Shown: piece after piece, positions 1 through 14,360 of the stretch
Layout: each line of letters opens with the position of its first letter
Numbering within the stretch: position 1 is the stretch's first letter
DNA from: Octopus vulgaris
Taxonomy: Eukaryota
Assembly (NCBI GenBank): GCA_951406725.2
Contig: OX597833.1
Span: forward strand, 28,334,001-28,398,000
Direction: 5' to 3'
DNA: 64,000 nucleotides
Position numbers and translations under genes: made by a program
The notes under the pieces: generated by a model
Told to the model about the DNA's origin: nothing
Databases searched by the model: none
What the model saw: only the letters and a program-made list of their open reading frames with translations

Positions 1-136
1 CATGAGCAGTCTTCATTTTTTTTTGTGTCCAAAAGGGCTTTTCAACTCAATATTTATTTACATGCTATTATTAATAGCATTTACGTGCTTCAAGATCCAA
101 TTCCCAAAAAGAATTATTTCATGTTGGAAAGTTTAT

Positions 137-158
137 CATATATATATATATGTTGGAA

Positions 159-199
<41 letters not shown>
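137..199. repeat. (TA)n microsatellite, representative of dozens of TA, CA, ATT, GAT and GTA tracts in the window
   Basis: Read directly. Confidence 0.95.
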
Positions 200-202
<3 letters not shown>

Positions 203-2253
203 TGTTTAAATATAGATCAATATATGGCTTTGGATCTGAATTCTGTCAGCCATTCCTTCTGATTGAAGATTTTTGAAGATAAGTGAAAAATATACCAAGG
301 AAAATATGGATATATGCCTACCTTAAAATAAACCTCACCATTTTCTTTCCATGTGAGCATAGAAGATAAGTGTTATATGATGCTGATGATGATATGTGTG
401 TATGTGTATACATACATAAATGTCAATAATATATCTATCTATTCTTAATACATTCTAGTGATTCAAATTTGAATATCTAATCACTGTTGTATTACCCTTG
501 TACATTTAGTAAAAAATGGCCTCTGGTGTGTAATTGTTTGTAACTTCTTTAATAAATAAACTTAAAGCCACAACAGCACTGTTATAGTCTTTAACAGATT
601 AGGTTGTTAAAAAGTAGCTTAATGTTTCACATTGGTCATTTGTGTGTTTATAATCAATATAAGAAATATATATTATAATCTACAAATAGAAAAGTTGAGC
701 TCAACGGTATTCTTAAATTGGTGAGTTGGAGTTGGTCAAAGATTTGTGTATTAACTCTGTACTTTGTTTTTAAATATTTCTCTTGATCCACTAACATTTT
801 TTTGTAATGGTAGCTCTTTGTTTAATGCTTTAGAACTCAGGTTAGTCTGTCAACTGTAATGTTTATTAATGCACATCATTTAAAATTAATCATGCATTTT
901 CTTGTGGCTTCAAGATTTTGGTGTGATCGTTTGCTTTTAGAACGATATTGTAGGGCAGGTGTAAGAGGCCAGATCTGGCAGGCTTGAAAAGGAAACAGAT
1001 TGGCCACATATGACCATTTTAAATACAAAAGAGTTAATATCCCTGTCTTTTATATATTTATATAAAATGTAAGTTAGTAAATTCAGAACTCTATAGTTTG
1101 GGCCAATCAAACCTCTTCAAATCACTTAATTTCCTATATATTATGATATTGAATTTATAGTTTATTATTGAGACAGTTAATGTATTTACAACAATAATGT
1201 CATCTCTGGCAGAGTTCAATTGTTTTTTTAAGCAGACTTTTATAATTTTCTCTTTTATGTTTTTTCTTTACATCTTATCTCTTTTACACTTTCCTACTTT
1301 TATGTGTGGTTCCATTCTAATTCTTTAATTTCAGTGTCTAAATCTAACTTAATGCTTTGAGTTTCAATTAATTTACCTCTTCTTAGAATAGCTTTAGTAG
1401 ATTTTTTTCTTTATAATCCCATACCCATTTTGGTATCATTGCTGAATACATGAGTGATATCACTGCTGAACCCATTTGTATTATCACTGTTATCATTTCA
1501 TTTTAAATCTTCTCTCTCTTATGCCTCATCCTCTCAAAGGTAACTAGGCAATGCTTAATACCTTTGACATATGTGAGATAAGATAGATATAAACATTACA
1601 TACCTTCCTGATACTCTAAAACATCAACTGCTTCCATCTGAGGTAATTACTGTAGATGGGGTGGCAGTGTTAGTGGTGGTTGTGGTTATGTATATATATG
1701 AAGATAACTGAAGTTGTTACACGTAAACTTTATATCTTTGTCCCACTACACCCTCCCTAGTTTAAGATATTCTCTAATGTAATACTTGTGTGTGTGTGTG
1801 TGTGATGGCAGTGCTAAGGTTTAATGTATGTGCGTAGGTGAGGTTTTCTATGTTGTTCAGTCACAGCTCATACTTGTGACCGAAGACATTCACCTATGAC
1901 CATCCTTACTTTCCTTATATATATATTAAACTATGTTCAATATCCAGCCTTCCAAGACAGTTTAGTGTGTTTTGAAAGCTGTTTGGCTGCTATTTCTTGC
2001 AGGTCAAGTAACTGAGTGTTGTATGAGTATTGTGTGTTTGTGTGCATGCATGAATATTGTGTGTTCAGGAGTACTGTGTGGAAGGCTGCGGAGTCACAAC
2101 CAAAAAAACTTTGTCTCTGACTCTTTTGTAACAAGACTAATCATATCTTGATTGAAAACACAGCAATCCTGGTCAGTTCCAGCCATTAAGTTATTTTTAA
2201 ACACAAATCTGCTAAAGTTTGAGTTTAAAGGTTACAACTTCGTTGTTATGGCT

Positions 2254-2306
<53 letters not shown>

Positions 2307-2764
2307 TACACACACATACAAGAGTTAAGGAATGGAGTCAAAAATATCCAGGCCACATATGTTTCATAGCAGCAGAACTTTGGAAGTGGTAATTATCCAT
2401 GTGAGGTGTATACTGCATGCTCCTCTTCAATCAGAATGTGTACATCCTGATTGAATCATTCATGTGTTGACATTACCACATTACGACAATGTAAACTTCA
2501 TTTAGTCAAGATACCCTTGGCCTGAAGAGTAGCCTGCAATATACACTTCTTCCAAAGTTCTGCTTGCTATGAAACATTTGTAGCCCAGATATTATCTACA
2601 CCATTCCCTAACTCTTGTATTTATTCGCATATTTGGTAACCCTGCCTGCCTACTGTGAAATATAAAACAGTTTTTTCAGCTTACCATACTTCAATATGGA
2701 AAAAATCCACAATCTTTCTCCTTAATAAACCACTATTGTTCCTAAAAGTTGTTTTTATATTTTC

Positions 2765-3606
2765 TACGGTTTGCTTGAAGATAAGCTTTTTCCTACACCT
2801 CAATCCTTGGATCGTGAACAGGGATTAATCTTTGCGCCACATGGGCTCAACTTTCCTCCCCTCACCTCTCTCCCACTCACACCTACTTCCTCCCACCCAC
2901 CTCTCCTCTCTTACTCCGACTCTTATTCTCTTCACTCCTACTCTCCTCTCTTCTCTTCACTCATACCCACCTCCTTCCCCACTTCGTCACCCCTCCCTCG
3001 TAAGCCCACCCCACCTTCCCTATCCCTCTCCACCCCATCCCTTTCACACATACCCACCTCTATCCCCACCTTCCACTTACCCACATACCCACCTCTACCC
3101 CCACCTTCAGTCTAACCCACACCCCACCCTTGCTTTCCCCACTCTCGCCTCCCCCACCTCCCAACACCATCACACTATACCACACCACTACACCATGCAC
3201 CACCATACCACACCACGCATCACAGCACTACACACCACAATGCACACACCAGCATTGACCACTTCCCAGACCCACATTTTCATACCTACACATACACACG
3301 TCAAGATCACTAACCCTTTTCCACATGCACATACAAACTCTCTTATATACATGCACGCGCACCTTCATTTTGGGATCACCATTACTTTATTATCTCCCCT
3401 TATCCCTAGCTCTCCTGTGTGACCCTTCTGTCCGGCATTCGCCATGATAGATCGTTAATCACTACACATTCTTTATTTTCTTTCCTTGTTTCTTTCTGTG
3501 TTCCTTTCTGTGGAAGAGCATAGGCTTGAAACGATAAAGACTTTTTTCACTTCCTGAGTGTTAAACTAATACATCTGTTTGTTGTCTACACCACCTGTCT
3601 TCATCT
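2765..3606 (+). mobile_element. Degenerate Penelope-like 3' remnant
   Basis: REQGLIF-APHGLN resembles a GIY-YIG C-terminus. It is followed by a C/T- and CA-rich tract and a decayed hammerhead-like TGGAAGA-GCATAGGCTT-GAAACG at ~3511-3533. A related - strand copy lies at ~50210-50345. Confidence 0.5.
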
Positions 3607-3649
3607 AGCATGGAGAACGGACGTTAAACGATGATGATGATGATGATGA

Positions 3650-3707
<58 letters not shown>

Positions 3708-3914
3708 TTCATCTTTTACTTGTTTCAGTCATTAGATTGTGGCCATGCTGGAGCACCATCTTGAGGAATTTTAGTCAAACTAATTGACACCGGTACTTAT
3801 TTTCTTTTGTCTCGTACTTATTCTATTAGTCTCTTTTACCGAACTGCTAAGCTATGGGGATGTAAATACACCAACTCTAGCTGTGTAGTGGTGGGGACAA
3901 ACACAAGCGCAAAG

Positions 3915-3953
<39 letters not shown>

Positions 3954-4148
3954 GCAGGCTTCTTTCAGTTTCCCTCGACCATATCTGCTCACAAGGGTTT
4001 GGCTGACCCAAGGCTATATTGTAAAAGACACTTGCCCTAGGTGCCACACAGTGGGAGTGAATCCAGAACCATGTGGTTGGGAAGCAAACTTCTTACCACA
4101 AAGTCATGCCTACACCTGTGTGTATATGTGTGTGTCTGTGTGTATCTA

Positions 4149-5416
4149 CAGGGGTTGAACAAAATAATGGAAACAACTTAAAATTTCAGACAAATATATT
4201 TTAATATGGGGTAGGACCACCTTTGACAGTGATTACAGCTTGAATTCTATGAGGCATGGACTTGTACAAATTTGAATTGTTTCCAGAAGGAATTTTTGTC
4301 CATTCTTCAGCTAAAACTGTTTCAATTTCTTGTACTGATGATGGTGGAGGATATTTACTCCTTACTTGTTTTTCTAAAATGCACCATCAATGTTCAATAA
4401 TGTTGAGATCTGGGGTCTGTGGTGGCCAGATAAGATGTGCAACTTCACTAGAATGTTCCTTGTGCCATTCAGTAAACAACTTTAGCTGTGTGAATTGCTG
4501 CATTATCATCCTGAAAGATTGTGTTTCCCTCTGGAAACAGTTCCACAACCATAGGATGAATTTGATCAGATAAAATATTTAAATAATCTTGACTATTAAT
4601 TCTGCCATGAAGGGAAACCATTGGGCTGGTGGGTTTCTAAGATATACCCCCCTCCCCCTCAGATCATCACAGAATTCCTCCATGTTTAACAGTTGGAAGA
4701 AGGCAGTCTGGGTCAAATGCTTCTTTTGGCTGTCTCCACATGTATACTCAGCCGGTGGTCGGGAATAAGGTAATGGATGACTTGTCTGAAAAAATAACAT
4801 TTTTCTACTGCTCTAGGGACCAATTCTGTAGGTTTTTACTCCACTCTAAATGCTTTGCAATATTTGTTTTTGAAAGTTGTGGTTTTCTGATTGCAGCCCT
4901 TCCATGAAATCTGGCTTTGTGCAGCTCCCGGCAAACAGTTTTTGTGGAAACTGGATTCTCGAGGTGGTCATTAAGCTCTGCAGTAATTTTGGGAGCTGTA
5001 CTTTTGTGATCCTTTCTAACAATTCGCATAAAAGTTCAGTGGTCCCTATCTGAAAGTTTTGGTTTTCTTCTGGAGTTTTGTTTCGATGAGGTTTTCCCTC
5101 TTTCTCAAAGGCTGTCATTACTTTTGAGACAGTACTTCTTAATAAACCAAACATTTTGGGTGTTTTTGTTACGCTAGTGCCTGCCATACGAGCACCAACA
5201 ATTTGACCTCTTTGAAAGTCCAATAGAGCTGTCATTTTAATGACTTTTAATTACCTTTTTCTGATGATATCTGAAAAGAAAGAGCAATTTTAGCAAAACA
5301 TATTAAGCAACGCTAATAATAAATCAAAAAACATAGAAATAAACAAGCTTTTGATGGTTTTATAGATATTTCAAAATTGTGATGCCAGGTGTTTCCATTA
5401 TTTTGTCCAACCTCTG
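4149..5416 (-). mobile_element. Tc1-family (DD34E) transposon, frameshifted
   Basis: TIRs caggggttgaacaaaataatggaaaca / tgtttccattattttgtccaacctctg; HTH FQRGQIVGARMAG; QDDNA...WPPQTPDLNIIEH. Confidence 0.92.
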
Positions 5417-5472
5417 TGTATATGTGTGTGTGTATATGTGTGCGTGTGTATGTATCTATCTATCTCTATCTA

Positions 5473-5510
<38 letters not shown>

Positions 5511-6484
5511 TTTTAAAAAGTTACAAGCAGTCAAGCAATAGACAAAAAGAAATCATCTCTAAAAATACTATTGAAGTAAATCAAGAACATTTATGTAAAT
5601 GACCAATTTAAAGAAATAAGCTGAATTAGAGAACATCGCCTTTCTTTTTAAAGAGAAGTGCATTGTTTGAATTCAAGTGAATGTACATGAAACATTTTTT
5701 TTAAATGAAGTAAAATGTATACTGTGAAGAATGAAATGTTTATTCCTATAAAATTTATCAAAGAAACATTGTATGTATAGAATAAGGGTTAAATAAAAAA
5801 TCCTAATCCAAAATTTACCAATATTCTGTTCTTAGAAACAGAACTGCTATAATCTAATCTTCTTTCATAGAAGCCCTTAACCTTTTAGCATTTAAACCAA
5901 CCATTTCTGGCCCGAATATTTATATTCACACTGGTGAGATCTAACCTCCACACCATTGGAATCTCAAAGCTAGGAGATAATGCAAGATAAATTCAGAAAA
6001 TGTGAATAAAATAGCATTACATTTATCAGAGAAATCCAAATGCTAAAGAGTTAAGTCTGATTTGGCTAATTTGTAAATTAGTATTTGTGCAGCTAAAATT
6101 TGAATTAATGAATGGTAAAAATAAATCAACTTCAACTCTAGTGCCCTGATGATTGCTTCTGACTCTGACTCCAAAACTCCATGTCCTTAATTGTGCATGT
6201 TGTGTGAATCCTGTATTATGTTTGAAAATATATATATATATATATATATGAGCAAATCGCCCCCCCCCCAATGGACAGTACTGATGTACTTGCGTGTACA
6301 AATGAATGTTCCCACGGTTTTATCAATCGCATTCTCACCTAGAATCGATTTTTGTAATTTTTTCAAGACTTGTACACGCCCTAATAGCGTCGGTATCTAC
6401 ATATCAAATTTGAGTGCAATCGGATGGAGGATGCCCAAGATCCTAGAAGACACACACAGAGACAGACAGAATGGATTTTATATA

Positions 6485-6527
<43 letters not shown>

Positions 6528-7099
6528 GTAGAGACTTAGTACTGATGGAGTGTGTGTATGTGTAACCAGATCAAAGATATATAAATAACTAAGAGAAACA
6601 GCAGAGGAAGGAGTAAGTTGGAATTGAGGAAGTAGAATATCAAATTATTTCAGTAAATTTAGTAGAATATCTATAATGTTAAATGACGTACAGTCACACA
6701 TGGAAATATAGACAGATGGCATAAAACATTTCTTAATGTTGTAAAGATGATGAGGATGATAATTTTGTTGCACAGCTACACGTTTTGTAGGAGGCAGGGG
6801 TGAAGTTGACCTAATCTATTCCAGAATTGAACTCAGAATGTAAAGAGATAGCGTTTATCTATTACTTGTTTCAGTCATTGGACTATAGGACTGTGGCCAT
6901 GCTGGGATGATACCTCTCTGAAGGGTTTTCGGTAAAATGGATTGACTCCTAGTTCTTATGTTTTTTTGTTTTTATTTTAAGACTGGTACTTATTTTAATG
7001 TTCTCTTTTGCTGAATGTTTAAGTTGCAAGGATGTAAACAAATCAACACCAGTTGTTAAGTGGTGGCAACACTATACTGAGTTCTACACCAGTGCCTAA

Positions 7100-7155
<56 letters not shown>

Positions 7156-8353
7156 CATAGACATGACAGAAGTAAATAGACACCCTTATAATCATTAAAA
7201 TTTATTTAAATCTGAAATTATACATTCAAATTATTTATTGTTATAGTGTGAATATTTAAGATTTAGTAGACATGCCCTTCGCATTTTATAATACAAGGAC
7301 CCTATTAGGTATGTTAATGATCAGATGAATATTCTCTTGCGGAATTTCTTACCAAGTTTCATGCAGTAATCTCAAAAGATCTGGCTTTGAAGATGCTTTC
7401 TTGTTCTTTTATGAAGTGTCCTGTCCATTATGTCCCTGGCCAGCGAAGCTTTTTAATGCCATTCTCATCTAACAAATCCTGGGTCATTTTAGCTGTGTGA
7501 CAAGGCACCCCATCTTCCATAAATAGTCTTCTTTAATCATTTCACCACCGGAGAAGATTGGAAAAAGTCCTTTCTGCAATATGGACACATATTTATCTGA
7601 GTTTATGCCTCCCTCACACTCTACCAGCTCTAATCAATCATTGCTCCAAATTGCTCCCCAGACCATCACAGAATAGCTGCCATGTTTCATTGTTGACTAC
7701 AATCTTTTCACATCAAATTCTTGATCACAGAGTTTCCAGACCCATACTCAACCACTGTCAGGAAATAGAGCAAATCTGAACTCCTGAGAGAATAAGAGTG
7801 TCCCAAAATGCTAGTGGCCTCTCAATCATTTCACTGGCCCAAGCTTTTCTCCGCTTGATGTTAGCTGGTTAATGAGGAGGCTTCCTTCTTGCTCCTCTGC
7901 CATAGTAACCAAGTTTGTGGAGATACCTGACAGCTGTTCTGGGACTGACATCACCTTGTTCTGCTATGTCAGAGGTCTTGCAACGAGGATTATCCTCTAC
8001 ACTTCTCTTAAGAAAGAGAAGGGTCTTGTCAGAGAGCCCTGATTGATCTAGGTGAGGTGATGTGGGCTCCTTCCCTTTGGTGAATTCCATAATCACTCTA
8101 TTAACTGTAGAAAGCAGGATCCCAAGGTTTTCTCTGATTTTACGCTATGTCCATCTTCAGAATGAACCACAATATGACCTCTTCGAAATTCAGTCAGTTC
8201 CAATGCTTCTTTTGTACATGGCATGATTAAATAATAATATATAGACTCTGAAACATAAAAGGGTCAATTAATAAAAAATTTAAACCCTTACAATTTAGAA
8301 TAAACATAAAACGATGTTTTATGGGGTGTCAATTTACTTCTGTCATATTTGTG
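7156..8353 (-). mobile_element. Tc1-family transposon, decayed
   Basis: TIR atgacagaagtaaat(a/t)gacaccc at both ends; fragments VSPRTAVRYLHKLGYYGRGARRKP and MEDGVPCHTAK. Confidence 0.85.
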
Positions 8354-8359
8354 TATATA

Positions 8360-9128
8360 TTGGGTCATCCTAGAAATAATGCAATTTTTTTATACTTCTT
8401 TTATTTTTCAAAATTAAGATAAACAAAGTTCCTTTTTAATCTAAAATATACTCTCCTTCCTTTTATACAATGCTCTTCCATCTATCTGGTAGACTTGCAA
8501 GGCCCCTCTTCTAAAATTCACTTGTCCATGACGAAAAATACTCCTCCACTACTGTTCTAACCTCATCTACAGAATTCATATTTTTTCTGTCCAAATGATT
8601 TTGAAGACTGCAGAATAAATGATAATCTGATGGGACAATGTCCAGCAAATACGGTGGGTGGGCATTGTTTCCACATTCAAACTGCTCCAGCCTTTGGAAT
8701 GTCATCCTCGCTGTATGTGGCCAAGCATTATCCTGATGGAAGAACATTTTTCACCTTGAAACCAAAGATGGTCGTTTTTCCTCTAGCGCTGACTTGAATG
8801 ACTGGTTGAATGACCAAATCCAAGCTTCTCTGCTTGTTCTTCAACCGTTATGATGGGGTCTTGTTCCTCCAGTGTTTGTAGAACATCCTCTTCAAGCTCT
8901 ACAGATCTTCCTGGATGAGGTTAATTTCCTAGGCTGTAGTTTCTGGCTTGGGGTTTCTGGAACCACAGTTGAAACAGGTTTACGCTTATTATTCGATCCC
9001 CATATATTCCATTAATATTCCTCACACTTCCCATTGCATTGTTGGCTTTATTGAACTCACAAAGCAAAATATGCCAAATAGGCCCCTTTGTCACTTGAAA
9101 AACCTGCATTATTTATGAGATGATCCAA
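8360..9128 (-). mobile_element. mariner (DD34D) element, internally deleted
   Basis: TA-flanked TIRs ttgggtcatc...aataatgc; HQDNAWPHTA...HPPYLLDIVPSDYHLF; N-terminal HTH fragment. Confidence 0.88.
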
Positions 9129-9780
9129 TATATATATGTATGTATATATATATATCATTGTTTAATGTCTGCTTTCCATGCTAGCATGGGTTGGATGATT
9201 TGACTGAGGACTGGTGAACCAGATGGGTGCACCAGGCTCCAATCTGATCTGGCAGTTTCTACAACTGGATGCCCTTCCTAACGCCAACCACTCCTAGACT
9301 GTAGTGGGTGCTTGTAATCAACTTCATTATAAGATTCATATTAAGATTTAAAGACTGAAAACTAAATTTAAAATTTTATTATATTTTCATTCGTTATAAT
9401 GGGATTTCAACTATATATCTGATGTGTGTGTATATTCACATGAATCAATGTACAAAGAAAGTGCGGGAAATGTATGAGCCTACAAAGGCTCAACCACTTT
9501 TGTATAAGCCTACAATGAGCTCAACCACTTTTGAGTGACTTTGAAATTATTTGTATTATAGATTACTGAGTCCTATAATTGTTCTAGATCTAAATACCCA
9601 CACATATCTCTATATTTATATCAACAATGCCTCAATATATAGTCATCCAGCTCATACTAGAGTGGAAAAAACAAGAAGAATTTTTATGTGCATGTGTGTG
9701 TGTATATATATATACACACACACCTCAGTTTTCAAAATAAATCATACTTTAGCTCCTGTCTTTCTCATATTCATTTAATA

Positions 9781-9844
9781 CAGTAGTACCTTGGTTTACG
9801 AATGCCACCACAATCAGAGTTGTTCAGAAATCAAGGTACTACTG
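9781..9844. mobile_element. 64-bp pogo/Tigger-type mini-MITE
   Basis: TA-cagtagtaccttg...caaggtactactg-TA. Confidence 0.7.
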
Positions 9845-10018
9845 TATATGTGTGTGTATGTATGTATGTATGTATGTATATATATATATATTATATTAAA
9901 TTAGAGACAAAACCACTATTAGGCAAATCAAACAATATAATATAATATTTTACTATAAAATTGGATTCAATCCTAAATCTGATTTTTCCCTGTAAGTTTG
10001 GATTTATTCCCTAATATT

Positions 10019-10093
<75 letters not shown>

Positions 10094-11322
10094 CAGAGTG
10101 TGGAAGCAAAATTTACTATATTTTGAGGCAGGGATTGAAAACAGTGTATGACCAATTTAGTTTATTGAAAGTCATGAAAATTTATTTGCCACAAGAAACT
10201 TTACATAATAGAAAATGTTTTTATTCTATGTGTCCTCCTTCTTTATCAATAACTGCCTTCACATGCTTCCTGAAATATTCGGAAAACAACTTCTCCCATT
10301 CTTCTTTAATAGTATCTTTAAGAGAGTCGACATTGCTGTGTGATGTTCTATTGGTAGTATGTTCTAAAATGCCCAAATAGCATAATCCAGAGAGTTTAGA
10401 TCTGGGCTAGAAGGCGGCCATAAACATGATTCAAAAAAATTGCTAAAGTTGGGTTTGCAGAAATCTTGTATTTTTCTAGCTGTGTGGGCTGGAGTACCAT
10501 CCTGCTTCCATACATAATTACCATCTGGGTAGTTTGCTTTAAGCCTTGGCAATACCTGGTATCTGAGAGTCTTGTTGTAAGTATTAACATTGATCTTTTC
10601 ATCACCTTTGTAGAATTTTATAGGCATTTTCTTTCCATCGGAAGCCACAACACCAAAAATACCCTTAACCTTAGCTGTCGATTTTGCGATAAATCTGTCA
10701 TTTCTGCAGTTCAGAACAGTCTCGACAGTGAAGATCTTTTCATCTGAAAAGATTGTTACAATGGAGGACTTTTTCTTGAGCCATGTAATAATTTTCTTGT
10801 ATCTTTCCAATCTCTTTTCCTTCATAGCTGTTGCCAACAAGTGTTTTATTGTAAGATTTTAACCTCAAATCATATTTTACTGCATTTCTAATGGTGTTGT
10901 TGTCTACCTCAAGTTCAATTGCCATTTTTCTCATGGATTTGGCTGGATCCTTTATGATTTTCGATTTGAGAACTTTAATAAAAGCTTTGGTATGTTTTTT
11001 TTGTTGATTCCTCCACTTCCAGACCTCCTCATAATAGTTTTGCTCATAGTCATTCTATTCTTTACATTATAAACAGTCTTTATGGACACTCCAACTATTC
11101 TTGAAATCTCCTTTGGTGTGACGACTGCATTCAGCAAATCACACACTCTTTGATGTTTGCTTTCCTGATTACTCATATGGGCAAAAGTTTCTGAAAAGGT
11201 AAGGATAATAGTGTTAGGTATGATTATAACATCAATATATGCTAGGTTTCAAAACAATTGACTTAGTGCCTGCTAAGAAAAAGCAACTTAACGTTCATTG
11301 TAAATTTTGCTTCCCCACCCTG
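10094..11322 (-). mobile_element. DD37D (maT-like) Tc1/mariner transposon, frameshifted
   Basis: TIRs cagagtgtggaagcaaaatttac / gtaaattttgcttccccaccctg; FSDEK...QDGTPAH...WPPSSPDLNSLDY with 37 residues between the 2nd and 3rd D. Confidence 0.92.
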
Positions 11323-11369
11323 CATATATACAAACACACACTCACATATACACACACACACATATATAC

Positions 11370-11757
11370 ACGAGCAAAACGCCCCCCACCCCCAGTCCAA
11401 CGAACAGTGCTGAGTTGTCAAACATTTAAACCAAATTTTCTCAAAACAACTTGTCGTACCATCCCATAGGCCTCCCCTTTGAGAAACACTGATTTAACCT
11501 AAATTTGAGACACCAGCAAAAGAAATAAAGATAGACTTTTTTTTCTATTCCAAGAAAAACGATTGTACAAATGCATATTCCCACGGCTTTATCGATCACA
11601 TTCTCACCTGGAATCGATTTGTGTAATTTTTTCAAGACTTATATACACCCTGATACCATCGGTATCTACATATCAAATTTGAGTGCAATCGGATGGAGGA
11701 TGCCCGAGATACTAGAAGACACACACAGACAGACAGAACGGATTTTATATAATAGAT

Positions 11758-11758
<1 letters not shown>
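11370..11758 (-). mobile_element. Helitron-like interspersed repeat (second, deleted copy at 6250-6490)
   Basis: The two copies share ...ttcccacgg...aaatttgagtgcaatcggatggaggatgccc...acagacagaa..gattttatata. Confidence 0.6.
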
Positions 11759-11789
<31 letters not shown>

Positions 11790-12087
11790 CACATGACCAA
11801 CCAGACTATCAAATGTTGTTACACATCGCTGGTCACAATATGCTTTGCATTGTTTTAGCCATCAAATGACCATCCTACCAACACCCCTCTCCACACCACC
11901 AATGTTATCCAAGAGAAACGCAAAGGCCAATACAGCTTGGCACCCATGACCTCACAACTCATTTCTACAGCTGAGTGAATTGCAGCAACATGAAATAAAC
12001 TAAACACAATGCAACAGCCTGGTCCAGAAATCGAACTCACTACCTCATGTTTGTGAGCCTGATGCTCTAACCACTGAGCCATGTGCC
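11790..12087 (-). mobile_element. tRNA-derived SINE (third family); relatives ~27175-27478(-), 30310-30615(+), 59435-59700(+)
   Basis: ggcacatggctcagtggttagagcatcagg...gagttcgatttctgg head with A/B boxes, continuing into a non-tRNA body. Confidence 0.7.
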
Positions 12088-13229
12088 TTCATATATATAT
12101 ATATATATATATATGGCAAAATATCAGTATCCATCTCTCCTGAATGGGATTAGGGGTGAATTGTCTCACTTGTCTATCACTTTCAGGTGTTTTAACCCCC
12201 ACTGCTTTGAGGGAGTCATCCTCATTGTGGTAAACCGCAGTGTGCCAGTGAACAAGCTAAACACACTGAGCATGTGTGATCAATAATATATATATGTATA
12301 TAAGGGGAGAGAGATATCCTATATTCTTTCCCTCATGATTAATTTGCAGTTAATTTTGTTTCAGTTCTACTTGAATCTGTAAGCTAGTCAGCAAGTAAAG
12401 AATATAATGCACTCTATTTCTTGAAGTATTGAGTACTTCATTTTCTATCTGTCAGCCTTATTCCTGAGAACAAAACACACAGGAATACTTGTATTTACCT
12501 ATGTGCCTCAGTTGTTGACTTGAGAACATGCCTTGTTTGTCTAATGAGATATATATATATATATATATATACATGCACTTACATACACACTCTTCACAGT
12601 TAATAAATAAACACAGCAAGTGCATAGTTATTTAACATCCTCTTTCCTTATCAGTGTGTAAGTATATCCAAATGTGTTTTAAACCTTTAATCCAACCTTA
12701 TTGGATGAGGGAGAGTAAAGTGAGGATGATATTTTATCTTTACACATACACACACACAACCAGAATATCTTCAAACAAGTCATCTTTTACAAGATAATTT
12801 CTGCTACTCCAACAATTTTTTGTAACCCCTTCCATTGACCCAAAGATCCCTACCACGCTAGCACCATCTCTGTCATCATTGCCACCACCACCATCAAAAT
12901 TGTTGTAAGTAGTGTAAGATGTGGAGTGTGGGGGAACAAATGTTATCTCACATCCAATGTTGTTATTACTTTTTATAATCTGCAGCACTAGCATCACTTT
13001 GGAAAATATACAGTATCCAGTAAAATAGCAATAAGAAGTATTTGGGTTAGAAATTATTTTCACTATCTTATATTATTCTTGGTTTCAGAAATACATTAAG
13101 AAGTTTCCTTTTTTTAACATGAAAAAGAATTAGGCACATCTTGGAAAACATGACTAAAAATGTTCATGTTTAACAATGATATATGAGAGTGTAGGGACTA
13201 ACTTCTCCCTTCAAAATTACCTCATCCTT

Positions 13230-14321
13230 TAATCAGCAGCAAAATTTTTAGCATGTCTGGCAAAATGCTTAGCAACATTTCATCCAAGGACCAGTTAAAC
13301 ACTGGGGTCAATATAATTGACTTACCCCATCTCCCAAACTTGCTGGCCTTGTACCAATATTATCATTATTATCATTAAGGTGGCAATTTGGCAGAATTGT
13401 TAGCATGCTGGATAAAATGCTTTGCACACCCGTTGCTATATTCTGAGTTCAAATTCCACTGAGGTAGACTTTGCCTTTCATCCTTTTGTGGTTGATAAAA
13501 TATGTACCAATTGAACTCAGGGGTTGACTTTATTAACTCATCCCCTCCTGCAAAATTGCTGCTCTTGTGGCAAAATTTTAAACCATTATTATCATTATTA
13601 AAGGTGACAAGCTGGCAGAATCGTTAGCACACTGGACAAAACACTTAGCTACACTTCATTTGTCTTTACATTCTGAGTTCAAATTCCGCCAAGGATAACT
13701 TTGCCTTTCATTCTTTCAGATCAATAAAATAAGTACCAGTTAAGCATTGGGGTCAATGTAATCAACGAGCAACACTCTTTCCTCAAAATTTCAGGCCTTG
13801 TGCTTATAGTAGAAAGAATTATTATATACAGCAGTGAGCTGGTAGAGTTGTTAGCACGCCAGATAAAATGCTTAGTGGCATTTTGTCCATCTTGGCATTC
13901 TGAGTCCAAATTCTTCCAAGATTGACTTTGCCTTCCATCCTTTCAAGGTTGATAAAATAGGTACCAATTGAACTCTGGGGTCAATATAATTGACTAATCC
14001 CATCCCACTATATTCCTGGTCTTGTGCCAAAATTTGAAACTATTCTTCATCTCCTTCATTTTTTTCTTTTGATTATTATTATTATTATTATTAAGGTAGG
14101 GAGCTGGCAGAATTGTTTGCCCACTGGATGAAATGCTTAGTGGCATTTTGGCCATTTTTATGTTATGTGTTCTAATTCTGCTGAGAGCAACACTGCCTTT
14201 CAACCTTTTGGGGTCACTATAATAGCATACCAGCCAAGTACGGGGTCTATGTAATTGACTTCCCCCTTCCCTCGAAAGACTGCTGGTCTTGTACCAAAAT
14301 TTGAAACCATTAATATTATTA

Positions 14322-14359
<38 letters not shown>

Positions 14360-14360
14360 G
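13230..14360 (+). repeat. Head-to-tail array of ~5 SINE copies separated by (ATT)n
   Basis: Repeated tggcagaat...gagttcaaattcc...ggccttgt..caaaatttgaaac units. Similar arrays at 16000-17360, 22710-23620 and 24140-25395. Confidence 0.8.

Noticed and set aside
2771-3422. Pro/His/Ser/Thr-rich ORFs of 114 and 196 aa
   Set aside because: By-product of a G-poor low-complexity tract that lacks stop codons; no domain or splice support.
9472-9532. 30-bp tandem duplication (also 22 bp x2 at ~51206-51250)
   Set aside because: Ordinary two-copy slippage with no further structure.
12040-12087. tRNA gene
   Set aside because: A/B boxes are present but it continues into a SINE body and lacks an acceptor stem and terminator.
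13230-14360. Repeat array superficially like CRISPR or a tRNA cluster
   Set aside because: Units are ~210-bp diverged SINEs with microsatellite spacers; eukaryotic context, no cas genes, no full cloverleaf.
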